In this document: piece by piece, positions 10,038 to 19,354 of the stretch
Position numbering within the stretch: position 1 is the first letter of the stretch
Layout: every line of letters starts with the position of its first letter
Assembly (NCBI GenBank): GCA_963842785.1
Contig: CAWJHP010000001.1
Location: 835,985 to 867,984 of the forward strand
Source of the DNA: an uncultured Chloroflexia bacterium
GTDB lineage: Bacteria > Chloroflexota > Anaerolineae > Anaerolineales > Villigracilaceae
Reading direction: 5' to 3'
Length of the DNA: 32,000 nucleotides
Position numbers and translations under genes: made by a program
Notes under the pieces: generated by a model
The model's database searches: none
The model's input: only the letters and a program-made list of their open reading frames with translations
What the model was told of the DNA's origin: nothing

Positions 10038-11228
10038 TCAGACAACCGCCGCGAAAAACCTCATCATTTCGTCTGAAAAACGATCCCACGAGAATTCCCG
10101 CAGCATCCTTTCCCGGCCTTGCCGGCCCATGGCAGGCAGGTTGGAGCTGTTATCCCAGAACCATTGCAATCCTTGCGCCAGTGCATTTGGGTCGCGGCGC
10201 GGTACGATCCGGCCGGTCTGAGCGTGGATGACCGATTTGGGGATTCCGCCGGCATCCGTGCCCAGCACGGGCCGCCCGCAGGCCTGGGCTTCATTGGCCA
10301 CATTGGGAAGACCTTCGAACAGGCTTGGGATGACGACCGCATCGCACGCCCGCATCCAATCCGCCACCGAGTCGGGAAGAATGGTATCGCTAATAAATAC
10401 AGCCTCGGGACGGCGCAGTTTTGCCCGCCAGAGACGCAGGTTTTCCGTATCTGCCCCGGGCCCAGCAATGACCAGGCTGCTGGGTGCAAGCCTTTCCTCG
10501 ACCTGCGCCCAGGCCTCCAGCAAAACATGCCCGCCTTTGATATTAAACTCGCCGCGGCGCGTATTCCATGTATGAAAACCGCCCAAATACAGAAAACGCA
10601 GGGGCGGCATGGAGACCTGCGGGCCGCTGAGGGGGCCATCCGGGGAAAAAAGGGCCGTATCAACGCCCCGATAGATCACATTCACGTTGCGCAGATCGGG
10701 CAGCGCGCTTGCGAGTTGCGCCCGGACTGCCTGGCTGTTGCAGACCACTCCAGCCAAATTGACCAGCCATTGTCTCCCCATACGGGACAGGTTGGGGATG
10801 AGGAACAGGTTCAGGTCGGAGCCGATCACGTGCGTGCTATGCGGCTTGCCATGGCGCTTGGCCCACTGGCCGGCGACATAACCGGCCGGATAGATATCCA
10901 TCGAATGAACGATATCCGCGTTGGCAATCAATGGCTTTATCCGCAAAGCGCCGAAACCGGCCAGCAAGGCCGCATTCAGGTGGGAATACGACCCGAGAGG
11001 CAGCTGCGGGCAGGCAACCGAGACGACCTCAACATCCTCCCATTTTCTTCTTTCCACCAGGGGCCGCCCGGGCCGCCAGGCGCGTAAATGGATCACCTGT
11101 GCATCGATGCGCCGGGAGAGCGCCTGGACCGAACGATGCATGAAGACGCATTCCCTCGGGCGATACTGGCTTGGGTAGCCGGTGGTAACAAAGACCACCC
11201 GAAGCTGCCTCGTGGCAGAAATGGTCAT
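10038..11228 (-). CDS. GT4-family glycosyltransferase
   Basis: 396-aa ORF with LRVVFVTTGYP... and ...VIPSLFEGLPNVANEAQACGRPVLGTDAGGIPKSV. Very GC-rich: 40/60 by hand count for 10261-10320. Its ATG overlaps the upstream stop (ATGA). Confidence 0.85.
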   Translation of the reverse strand: MTISATRQLRVVFVTTGYPSQYRPRECVFMHRSVQALSRRIDAQVIHLRAWRPGRPLVERRKWEDVEVVSVACPQLPLGSYSHLNAALLAGFGALRIKPLIANADIVHSMDIYPAGYVAGQWAKRHGKPHSTHVIGSDLNLFLIPNLSRMGRQWLVNLAGVVCNSQAVRAQLASALPDLRNVNVIYRGVDTALFSPDGPLSGPQVSMPPLRFLYLGGFHTWNTRRGEFNIKGGHVLLEAWAQVEERLAPSSLVIAGPGADTENLRLWRAKLRRPEAVFISDTILPDSVADWMRACDAVVIPSLFEGLPNVANEAQACGRPVLGTDAGGIPKSVIHAQTGRIVPRRDPNALAQGLQWFWDNSSNLPAMGRQGRERMLREFSWDRFSDEMMRFFAAVV

Positions 11229-12589
11229 GGAGCTGCCTGGTCGCGCACAACACTTTCATGCTTGCTTCTGGCAGCCGCATATAAATGCGGTACCAATATG
11301 GCCAACCCCAGGATCAGCCAATATATCTTTCGCCACAAGTAGGAAGAAGTGAGACCGACCGAAAAAGCATATGTTAATAATGCAAATACAATAATAACCA
11401 GGAGATCATTGCGTAGATCCCGATGTTTCCCATAAGTAATTTAAATAATGCCACGGTTATGAGAATAAACGCAGCCAGAAACAGGAACAACCCAACAATA
11501 CCCATTTCAGCACCCACACCCAATAAGTCATTATGAGGGTCCGAGCCGAGGGTGCCCGGAATTGTAAATCCCCGATAAACAGCCATCTCCACCGGGAAAT
11601 TGCCCCATCCAGTTCCTATTACTGCATGATCGGCAAAAATTCTCAGCCCAAGACTCCATATATCTGTTCGACCGGATCCCGCCGGTTTCAATAATATTTT
11701 GAATCGTCAAGCGATTTACATTAACACTATTGGTAAGGTTTTGTTTCTCCAGGATTGCAGGAAGGTAAATGAGCAAAACGGACAATACAGCAATGGCTAT
11801 AAGTAACTTTAATTTCTGATGGAAAATGATGGCGATGACAACCAATGCCATTCCGATAGCCAGGAATACTCCTCGTTCGCCCACCATCACCAGGACAACC
11901 AAAGAAATGAGGGCGCTGACGAGCCCAAAGACCCGATTGACACCCTTTTCAAAAACCGCCAGGATAGTCCCGACAAGGAACATGATACCCACGTAGCTGC
12001 CATATTCTTTGGCACCCACATCCTGCAAGGTCAATAAATATCCTCCGGACTTGGTTCCGACCCCCAAAAGGCCCAGGAGAGTCACCAGTAAACAACCAAT
12101 AAACAAAGCAATTAAAATCTGCTTGAGTCTCTTTCTATCATTGACCTGATTGATCACAAGAAATGTGAGCAAAACCAATTGAAGAGTGGTCTGGAATCTT
12201 GCAAAGGCCACACTTTGATTGAATGCCCATAGGACGGATAAACTCCCCCACAGGAAGAATGCGATCAAGATTACAAAATCCTGGGTTACCTTTATTCTCC
12301 GGCGTTTGAACATTTCCTGAACCACCCAGGCCCCAAAAACCAAAATCCCCAAATAGCGGGTGACCGTTGCAGTATTTCCGCCAAGGGAAAGAAAAGCCAA
12401 TTCCAGCGGGATCAGCATGGTAAATAACAATAACCCCAGGAAGGGATACATAAAAATAATCACTGCAAATACCATTGCCGGAATAACGGCAGCCCATATT
12501 GGAGCAAATACCACCAACCATCCACTCAGCAATGCCAGGGCGAGCCCTAAGACAAGAATACCTAGTGCGCGAAAATTAATGGTTTCCAT
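11225..12589 (-). pseudogene. O-antigen ligase/polymerase-like (Wzy_C) polytopic membrane protein, two frameshifts
   Basis: Three consecutive frames are needed. (1) 12589 to about 11680 gives 10+ TM helices. (2) About 11680-11430 reads GSGRTDIWSLGLRIFADHAVIGTGWGNFPVEM...DPHNDLLGVGAEMGIVGLFLF (Wzy_C signature). (3) About 11426-11225 reads (K)HRDLRNDLLVIIVFALLTYAFSVGLTSSYLWRKIYWLILGLAILV..., ending in a TGA that overlaps the next ATG. The shifts sit at the G-run 11678-11680 and the A-run 11426-11428. Confidence 0.7.
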
Positions 12590-12618
12590 CCGTTATTCTT
12601 TATTGGTGATTTATTTGC

Positions 12619-13831
12619 TTATAACTGTTCTGTTGGTACCAAGGATGAATAAATTTCAACCAACTGTTTTTGCCAGGCATTGAAACCAAAATGTTCCATG
12701 GCATATTCCCGTGCAGCTTCTCCCAGTTCTCTCCCCCGTTCCGGATAATCCAGCAGCAACTTTAATTTCTCTTTCAGAGAAGACACATCTTCGGGCGGTA
12801 TTAAGAAACCGTTCACATTATCCTGGATCAGCATATCAGTGATACCTGGCAGGTAGGATGAAATCACCGGCAATCCTGTTGACATGGCTTCCAATATTAC
12901 ATTCCCCAATCCTTCTTGCCTCGTTGGGAAGGCAAAAACATTGGCTGCACGGTAGTATTCGGCAAGTGTGATATCGTCATCAATACGCTCTGTAAAGAAT
13001 CACATGGTCCGTAAGTCCCGCCTGGGCGATTTTTTGCCGTAATCCTGCCACAAACGGCTCATTAACACTGGTATTTTCTCCCCGGCTGGCAGGGCCGGCC
13101 AGTACAAGATACAAATCCGGATAATCTCCTGACAACGACAAAAAAGCCTCGACGAGCACATCCGTTCCTTTGCGAAGGATGACACTGCCAACAAATAAAA
13201 TGATACGCCCCATCCCAGGAAGGTTTAATTTTACCCTGGTCGATAATTGATCGTAACCATTGTGGTCCGGAGAAAATACTTCAATATCGACTGCGTTGAT
13301 CAGTACGAGCGCTTGCCTTTCACCCACTCCGTTATGCAAACATTCCTGCTTGAGCGCTTTCGAGATGCATACAATACGACTATATCGCTTTAAGCACCAA
13401 AGTTTTAGGGGACCAAAGGATTCCAGTAGCAGCGTAGTCGGATCATCCACCCCCATACAGACAATTTCGTAAATACATGGTCGCCCAAGAATTTTGCCAA
13501 GCGGTCCTGCCAGTAAGCCCCCCCACAAATTAGTATGAATATGAATAATGTCGTATCTATTCCGCTTATAAGTTAAGAACCACAATAACTTGATGGCCCA
13601 AATCGCTCTTCGTAAACGTGATAGTCTAGTTGAAGAGTTGAGATTATTTTTCCCAAAAGCATCTATAATCACTTTGGCATCAATAATCTCTCTTTGTTCG
13701 ATAAATGCAATCTGATGGATGACTTGCTCTTCGGTCCATTGATGGAACGAGCGAACCATTCGCTTGTTATGGCCACTAAAGGTACGACCGAACGTCGGCC
13801 CAAATACATGTAAAACCCGGATCATCTTCAT
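12619..13831 (-). pseudogene. GT4-family glycosyltransferase, one frameshift near 12997
   Basis: The 283-aa N-terminal ORF ends ...AGLTDHVILYRAY*. Shifting one base at GTG ATT C TTT ACA gives FTERIDDDITLAEYYRAANVFAFPTRQEGLGNVILEAMSTGLPVISS..., which runs into the 96-aa ORF 12619-12909. Confidence 0.75.
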
Positions 13832-13863
13832 CTCTTAATCTTATTATTCTGTTCTTTTCTATT

Positions 13864-14947
13864 TCAATACCTGGCTGATAATTTCTCGAACAGATTGGGC
13901 AGTTCTCTCGGCAGAAAATTTCTTTTGACTCGTTGGTATCCAGATTCTCCCATACGCGTTCGTTCGGTAGGATCGCCAATCAGCCGGCAGACAATCCGAG
14001 TTAACCCATCTATATCCCCAAAAGGCTGCAGGAAGCCGGTCTGCCCGTCTAGAACAGCCTCCCTCACCCCGCCTACATTGTATGCCACCACCGGTATTCG
14101 GGCTGCCATTGCCTCCAGAAGCACACGCCCTTGCGATTCTCTGGAGGCGGTGTGCAACATAATATCGCTACCACAAATATAGTCGGTAATATCAGGAGTA
14201 TAGTCGTAAAAAAACACATTCATTTGAAGGCCAAGCATCTCAACCTTACTTTTCAAATCCCTCAAATAATCTTGTTCCGCAGCACCCACCATAAGAAAAT
14301 ACGTTCTCGGAAAATCAGCCACAACTTTACTGGCTACTTTTATTACATCAGCCTGGTTTTTTTGAGGACATATCCGGCCAACATTGATGAGGCGCGTCCA
14401 ATCAGGTTCCAATCCCAGCAGATTACCAAGTTTATCCCGTGCAAGTTTCTTATCCAAACTAAAATTCTGGATTTCAATGCCATTGGGAATCACAATTGGA
14501 TTGGGTACATCTGCCATTTTTCGGAGCCGGCCGGCGGTGTCCTTGGAATTGGCAATGACACGATCGGCAAAACGGATCGTCTGCGCATACTTCCGATTTT
14601 TTAATGATTCACGGATGTGCCAGATCAACGGGCGCTGGGTTATTTTTGCTGCCCAAAACGCGGCCTCGTGAGCGCTCATTGGAACCATTGGCATATACCA
14701 GGTCATATTTGCCACGCAGGATCAAGTTGACCAAAGATGGCAGATAAAATATGAAACGGTCGGGCAAAGCGTAATGACGAATGGGGAGCTTTTTAAGAGT
14801 TTCAGGAAGTTGGACGGAATGTTTATCTGATACCACCGCGCAATCGAATTCATTGTGAAAGTATTTAAGTAGTAAGAGCAGGATTGTCGACGTTCCAATA
14901 CCCAAACTACTGGAATTATTTATGAATAAAATCCGCTTATTTACCAT
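13864..14947 (-). pseudogene. GT4-family glycosyltransferase, one frameshift near 14677
   Basis: The 112-aa N-terminal ORF (MVNKRILFINNSSSLGIGTS...DLVYANGSN) and the 283-aa ORF (SAHEAAFWAAKITQRPLIWHIRE...ASRESQGRVLLEAMAARIPVVAYNVGGVREAV) join if one G at 14677 is skipped. Confidence 0.75.
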
Positions 14948-14953
14948 GAAATC

Positions 14954-15895
14954 TTATTTGTCTTCCCTGGATAATTTGAAGCCGATCGTACCATAAATCT
15001 TTCCCAGGTTAATTGCAAGTGGACTTATTTCGCAATATGCCCATTTTTTCCAGTGCGAATATTTCCAAATAGCCAAGCCGGCCTTGACTGAAGTCTTCAA
15101 GAGATCGAATGTAATCCAAAATATATATGATAATCTCGGAAAGAAGGAATTCGGTCCGGAAATTTGATAATCGTAAAAACCCGAAAAAAATAAACGCTTT
15201 AGCCGGTATGATAAACTCATTTTCCAGGGTGGCACCCAATGGTTTACCCACAGCTCCGGCAGGAAAAGGAAACGCCCCGATGGCTTCACCTGCCATGCAC
15301 GCTGATAAGCATCGGTCTCTTCGCCTAAACCGATATATTTCAAACTGTCACCCACCAGACCGAACTCCTGCCTGAAATCCGCCGATGGATTCCAGAAACT
15401 TTCGATCCCAGACCATATTTGCACCAATAAACCCATGCCCAGGTGCAAGGAAGTAGATTTCTTTTCTGCTCATTTGAACATCATATGCCTCCTCATACCA
15501 ATCTGGTTTGGGGGTTGTGTAAAATGGGTAAAGAGGCCCCCCACAACCGTCTAAATGAGGATATTTCTCAATAACGAAAATGACTTTCTCTACCCATTGA
15601 GGCTGGACAAGTACATCATCATCCAAATATGCAATATATTCTCCTTTGGCTTCAGCCAAGCCCTTATTTCTGGCATTACTCAAGCCGAGATTTGAACTCA
15701 CAAAACATAATGCATATTCGGATTACGGAGAAACTCTTGAACAATGCAGCTTGTATCATCGGATGCGTTGTTATCTACCACGATCACTTCAAAATATTCG
15801 CTTGGCGCGGTCTGGCTGGCCAGGGAAGCCAGACAACCCTTGAGCATCTCGGAGCGATTATAGGTACATACAATTACGGAGATTACTAAAGTCAT
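14954..15895 (-). pseudogene. GT2-family glycosyltransferase spread over three frames (two frameshifts)
   Basis: 15698-15895 reads MTLVISVIVCTYNRSEMLKGCL...VIVVDNNASDDT. 15348-15701 reads SSNLGLSNARNKGLAEAKGEYIAYLDDDV...LESIGGFQ. 14954-15448 reads EFGLVGDSLKYIGLGEETDAYQRAWQ... plus a membrane tail. The shifts sit at the T4 run (plus-strand A-run 15702-15705) and at about 15371. Confidence 0.75.
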
Positions 15896-15904
15896 TGAAT
15901 TGAA

Positions 15905-17116
15905 TTACAGTTTTGAGTGATTAATAACCCATTCGTAAAAACTGATAAGTTGTCCGACCCGATCTTCTTTAGAAATTCTCATAACTTCAGAATTGATTTC
16001 AGTACGCATCTGCTGTCTTTGATTCTCGGAAAGTGAGATAAGTCTTTAAATTGCACGGAACAAAGCCTCAGGATTACCATTTTCACAAAGGAAACCTGTT
16101 TTCCCATCAACGATCATTTCCTCCAGGCTGGAGCCATACGTACCAACTACGGGAACACCCAAACCCAATGCTTCCAGGCACGTATTGGGATAATTATCCA
16201 CCCGGGAAAGGGAGAATAACGCCTAAAGCTTGTTGGATGATTGGATAAAGTTGTGCCTTAGGTAGAGAAGGTGAATAGAGTACCCGCCCTTCCTGCCAAT
16301 AATCTGCCAAAGAACTCTTTATTGAATCCAACGCCCTGATCCCGCCGGGTAAAGGATCATTGCGCCCCACGAAAAGTAAGCTAATATCCTGGTACTTGGA
16401 TAAAATACCAGGTGTAATTTGAATAAGCACATCCACTCCCTTTGTCCGCTTAACGCGCCAAAATAGAGAAGATATTTCTTCCCGGCAACCATCTGGCGAT
16501 AGACAACATCATCCCGCTTCTGAGTAAGTAAATCAAGTGGGGTGCGAATCACAAGTGGTCTGACAGCCTCAAAATGCTCATAAACCAGGAAATAAACTCG
16601 CTGGGAGCAAAAACAGCATCGGCTTCAATAACCTGATGCGCTTCCATCCAATCGGCAATTGCTTCTGGAAACTGCCGTTGAGTACCACTTGCTGCCCGCC
16701 ACATGGGAGAATAACTCGAACAACGGCACACCAGCGGGAAGCAATGATTATGACTAAGAAAATAACCGGGGATTTCCTAGAATTGGATGTCTGGAAATAA
16801 TATCCAATAGGAAGGATCGATTGTAGGATAAAACAGCGGATCGCATCCGGCGGGCATTCAACCATAATTCGAATAATTCCAACCAGGCTGCAACAAACCG
16901 GTTTCGCTTGAGCCTCCAATGAAAACGTACCCTTGCAACATGCCTTACATCAACTCCCGCATCCATCTGACTGCCTTTCCTGACGGCTAGCACAAAGACG
17001 GTCACTTTATGCCCTCTTGCCATCAATTCCAGGGCATTTTTATGGATATAGTTACCTAATCCCCCTTCAGGCTTGCGGTTTTCTGGGTATTCGGGAGTCA
17101 GGAAACCAATACGCAA
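15905..17116 (-). pseudogene. GT4-family glycosyltransferase, heavily decayed (4 frameshifts and 2 in-frame stops)
   Basis: Homologous sense can be followed through five frame segments: MRIGFLTPEYPE..GGLGNYIHKNALELMARGHKVTVFV / FPDIQF*EIPGYFLS..SSYSPMWRAASG..EADAVFAPSEF / LVYEHFEAVRPLVIRTPLD..GKKYLLYFGALSGQ / KGVDVLIQITPGILSKYQDISLLFVG..YPIIQQALGVILP / SRVDNYPNTCLEALGLGVPVVGT..ALFRAI*RLISLSENQRQQM..FYEWVINHSKL. There is a TAG at 16777-16779 and a TAA at 16046-16048. Confidence 0.8.
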
Positions 17117-17131
17117 GAGATTCTTTCTGCG

Positions 17132-18271
17132 TCAGCTAACAAATTGAGAGTAAATCTGAATAAGGCATGAAAGACTTTTTTTTTGATTTGCTGTTTTAAG
17201 AACCAGTTGATAATTCTTTTCAAGCTGCCCATTCAAGCTATTATTATCTACCAGAACCAACTTGATGGCCTCTGCAAGTTTGGTAACATCCCCAACTGGA
17301 ATACGAAGGTAGTCGCCAGCCGATAAAAACTCCTGGTATGCTGGAAGATCACTGGTGATGACTGGTTTCATGCAAGCCGAAGCCTCAAATATCGTGACGG
17401 GCAAGCCATCTTGTTCTGGAACATTAACAATCACATTGGCAATATTATAGAGCAGCGGAATTTGTTCGTACTCCATTTCATCCACCCAGATAATTTGGTT
17501 TTCCACCCCCAACTGCTCAACCAACTCCCTGAGTTCATCTTCGTATTCTGGAAGAACCCCAAATCTACGGAGAACCAGTACCATTTTTTGGTCGCTGCCA
17601 AGAATTTCAGCAAAAGCCCTCAGCACCATATCCTGACGCATTTTGGGAATAAGACGTCGTGCACTGAGAATAACCTTAGCATCTGATGGAATACCTAATT
17701 TGAGGCGCAAGCCTTGCGTTTCAGCCACATTTCTGGGTTTGAATAAATCCAGATCAATACCGAAATAGAAAAGGCTATTATTCAATAAACGTCCTGCAAG
17801 AAAGTTACATCGCATCAACAACTCTTGAGTGTCGGCGGTAACATGATCTGCGTTCTGTAAAGCCCTGACAATTTCTTTATACGGTATCGAACCTCGCTCA
17901 CCTATTTCATACAAGTCATTGATATCCGACCCCCAAGAAGTAATGATAAGCGGATGAAGTCGCGAAAACGCACACTGATAAGCTCGTACATCAATCCCAA
18001 GTAAATGCACCACATCTGGCCTTGCCTGTTGCCATAATCGTCGTAAATCCACCGCGGAAGCCATGTTTATAAAGAGACGTCTGACGGTCCAAGGATTTAA
18101 CCATTTCAGTCCAGATTGACTTGGATATTTAACATAAGTATATAGTTCATCTCCCTCCGGTTTAGGATCTATCTTATCTACATACGTTATTTTATGCCCA
18201 GCGTCAAGAAATAATTGTAGCAATCGTCGGGAGTGTGTAGCACTACCTGGGGCAAGTAGCATGATATGCAT
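17132..18271 (-). CDS. GT4-like glycosyltransferase
   Basis: Intact 379-aa ORF with MHIMLLAPGSATHSRR... and ...VIVNVPEQDGLPVTIFEASACMKPVITSDLPAYQEFL. Confidence 0.8.
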   Translation of the reverse strand: MHIMLLAPGSATHSRRLLQLFLDAGHKITYVDKIDPKPEGDELYTYVKYPSQSGLKWLNPWTVRRLFINMASAVDLRRLWQQARPDVVHLLGIDVRAYQCAFSRLHPLIITSWGSDINDLYEIGERGSIPYKEIVRALQNADHVTADTQELLMRCNFLAGRLLNNSLFYFGIDLDLFKPRNVAETQGLRLKLGIPSDAKVILSARRLIPKMRQDMVLRAFAEILGSDQKMVLVLRRFGVLPEYEDELRELVEQLGVENQIIWVDEMEYEQIPLLYNIANVIVNVPEQDGLPVTIFEASACMKPVITSDLPAYQEFLSAGDYLRIPVGDVTKLAEAIKLVLVDNNSLNGQLEKNYQLVLKTANQKKSLSCLIQIYSQFVS

Positions 18272-18432
18272 AAAGTGTAGCCTGAATGATTAAAAGGACC
18301 CGCGCCTTTTCTGCAAGACAAGGATACCAGATTGCCATAAGTCCTACCTTCAACTTACGCCCTGTTCGCACTATCACCCTTTAGATATTTACAGAGATGA
18401 AACACAATATATCCTGTCAAGTGCAAGATGGC

Positions 18433-19333
18433 TCACAACGTTGCATAAGCCCAGACCGGAAGTTTTCCCCGTAGAGCCAATCCCCACACGTTACGGTTTC
18501 GCCACATACCGTTTCGCAAAGCCATCCATGCAAGCTGACTTGCCTGCCTTTCATTACTTGCAGCTATATTTGCTCGCGCAGACCGCCAATACGCAACCGC
18601 CAGAAAACGCCTCCGAAATTGATTACAGGCAAAGAAGACTGGATGACGTTTGACTATAATTTCGTGTGTCTGGTAATATCGGCACTCATAACTGGTAGAC
18701 AGTCTGGGACGGTTCCCCAATCGATAACGGTAAAAGATCTGGCCACAGTGCACCCCCTGGATGCCGGCCTCCAGTGCACCGATCAAAAAATCATAATCCA
18801 TGTTGCCGCGCGTAAGTTCAGGTGCGAATCCCCCCCAACCTTTCCCATGTCTCCTTCTTGTAAGCGCAAGACGAAGGGATTGGTTGTCTCTCAATAAAGT
18901 CAGCGGCTGTTACGGCCTCAGGAGCATGTCTGATTCCACTGCCGCCGTCAAAGTACTCAAAGTCACCATAAACATAGCCGGCCTTCGGGTTGCTTTCCAC
19001 GGTACGCAAAATGATAGCCACAAATTCAGGGATAAGTTGATCATCCGCATCCAGGCAAAGCAGGTAATCCGTTTTCGCAAGTTCAAAGGCCTTGTTTCGT
19101 GTCAGGGATAGGCCTACATTCGTCGGCATGCAATACTTACGCAGCCTCGGATGCTCAAGCTGGCTGAAAATCTGTTGCGTGCGTTCATGGGTCGTGCCAT
19201 CCATTATTAAAACCGCTTCCCAGCGCTCATCAGCCTGTGAAAGTACGCTATTCCAGCATTCCAGAAGCCAGTCTCCTTCGTTGTAACAGGTTATTCCTAT
19301 TGTTATACGCTGATATGTCGATAGCATTTGCAT
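18433..19333 (-). pseudogene. GT2-family glycosyltransferase interrupted exactly at a G7 homopolymer
   Basis: The 171-aa ORF (ITIGITCYNEGDWLLECWNSVLSQ...LCLDADDQL...ETWERLGG) and the 153-aa ORF (GGFAPELTRGNMDYDFLIGALEAGIQGVHCGQIFYRYR...) are fused by reading the run at 18830-18836 as G6 instead of G7. Confidence 0.75.
18830..18836 (-). repeat. Homopolymeric G7 (C7 on plus strand) tract at the GT2 frameshift site
   Basis: Direct reading: plus strand ...gaatc ccccccaacc..., seven consecutive C. Confidence 0.95.
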
Positions 19334-19354
19334 AGTCTGCCAGACCTTTTACAG

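Noticed and set aside
10119-11087. 322-aa plus-strand ORF (and neighbouring plus-strand ORFs at 10228-10575 and 10687-11178).
   Set aside because: It lies antisense to a well-supported GC-rich GT4 gene. The translation is Arg/Pro/Gly/Ala-rich and low in complexity with no family motifs. This is a typical shadow ORF of high-GC coding DNA.
16578-16919. 113-aa ORF, and the other short overlapping ORFs between 16194 and 17116, treated as independent genes.
   Set aside because: They are fragments or out-of-frame readings of a single decayed GT4 gene. Only parts of them carry family-like sequence, and those parts are collinear.
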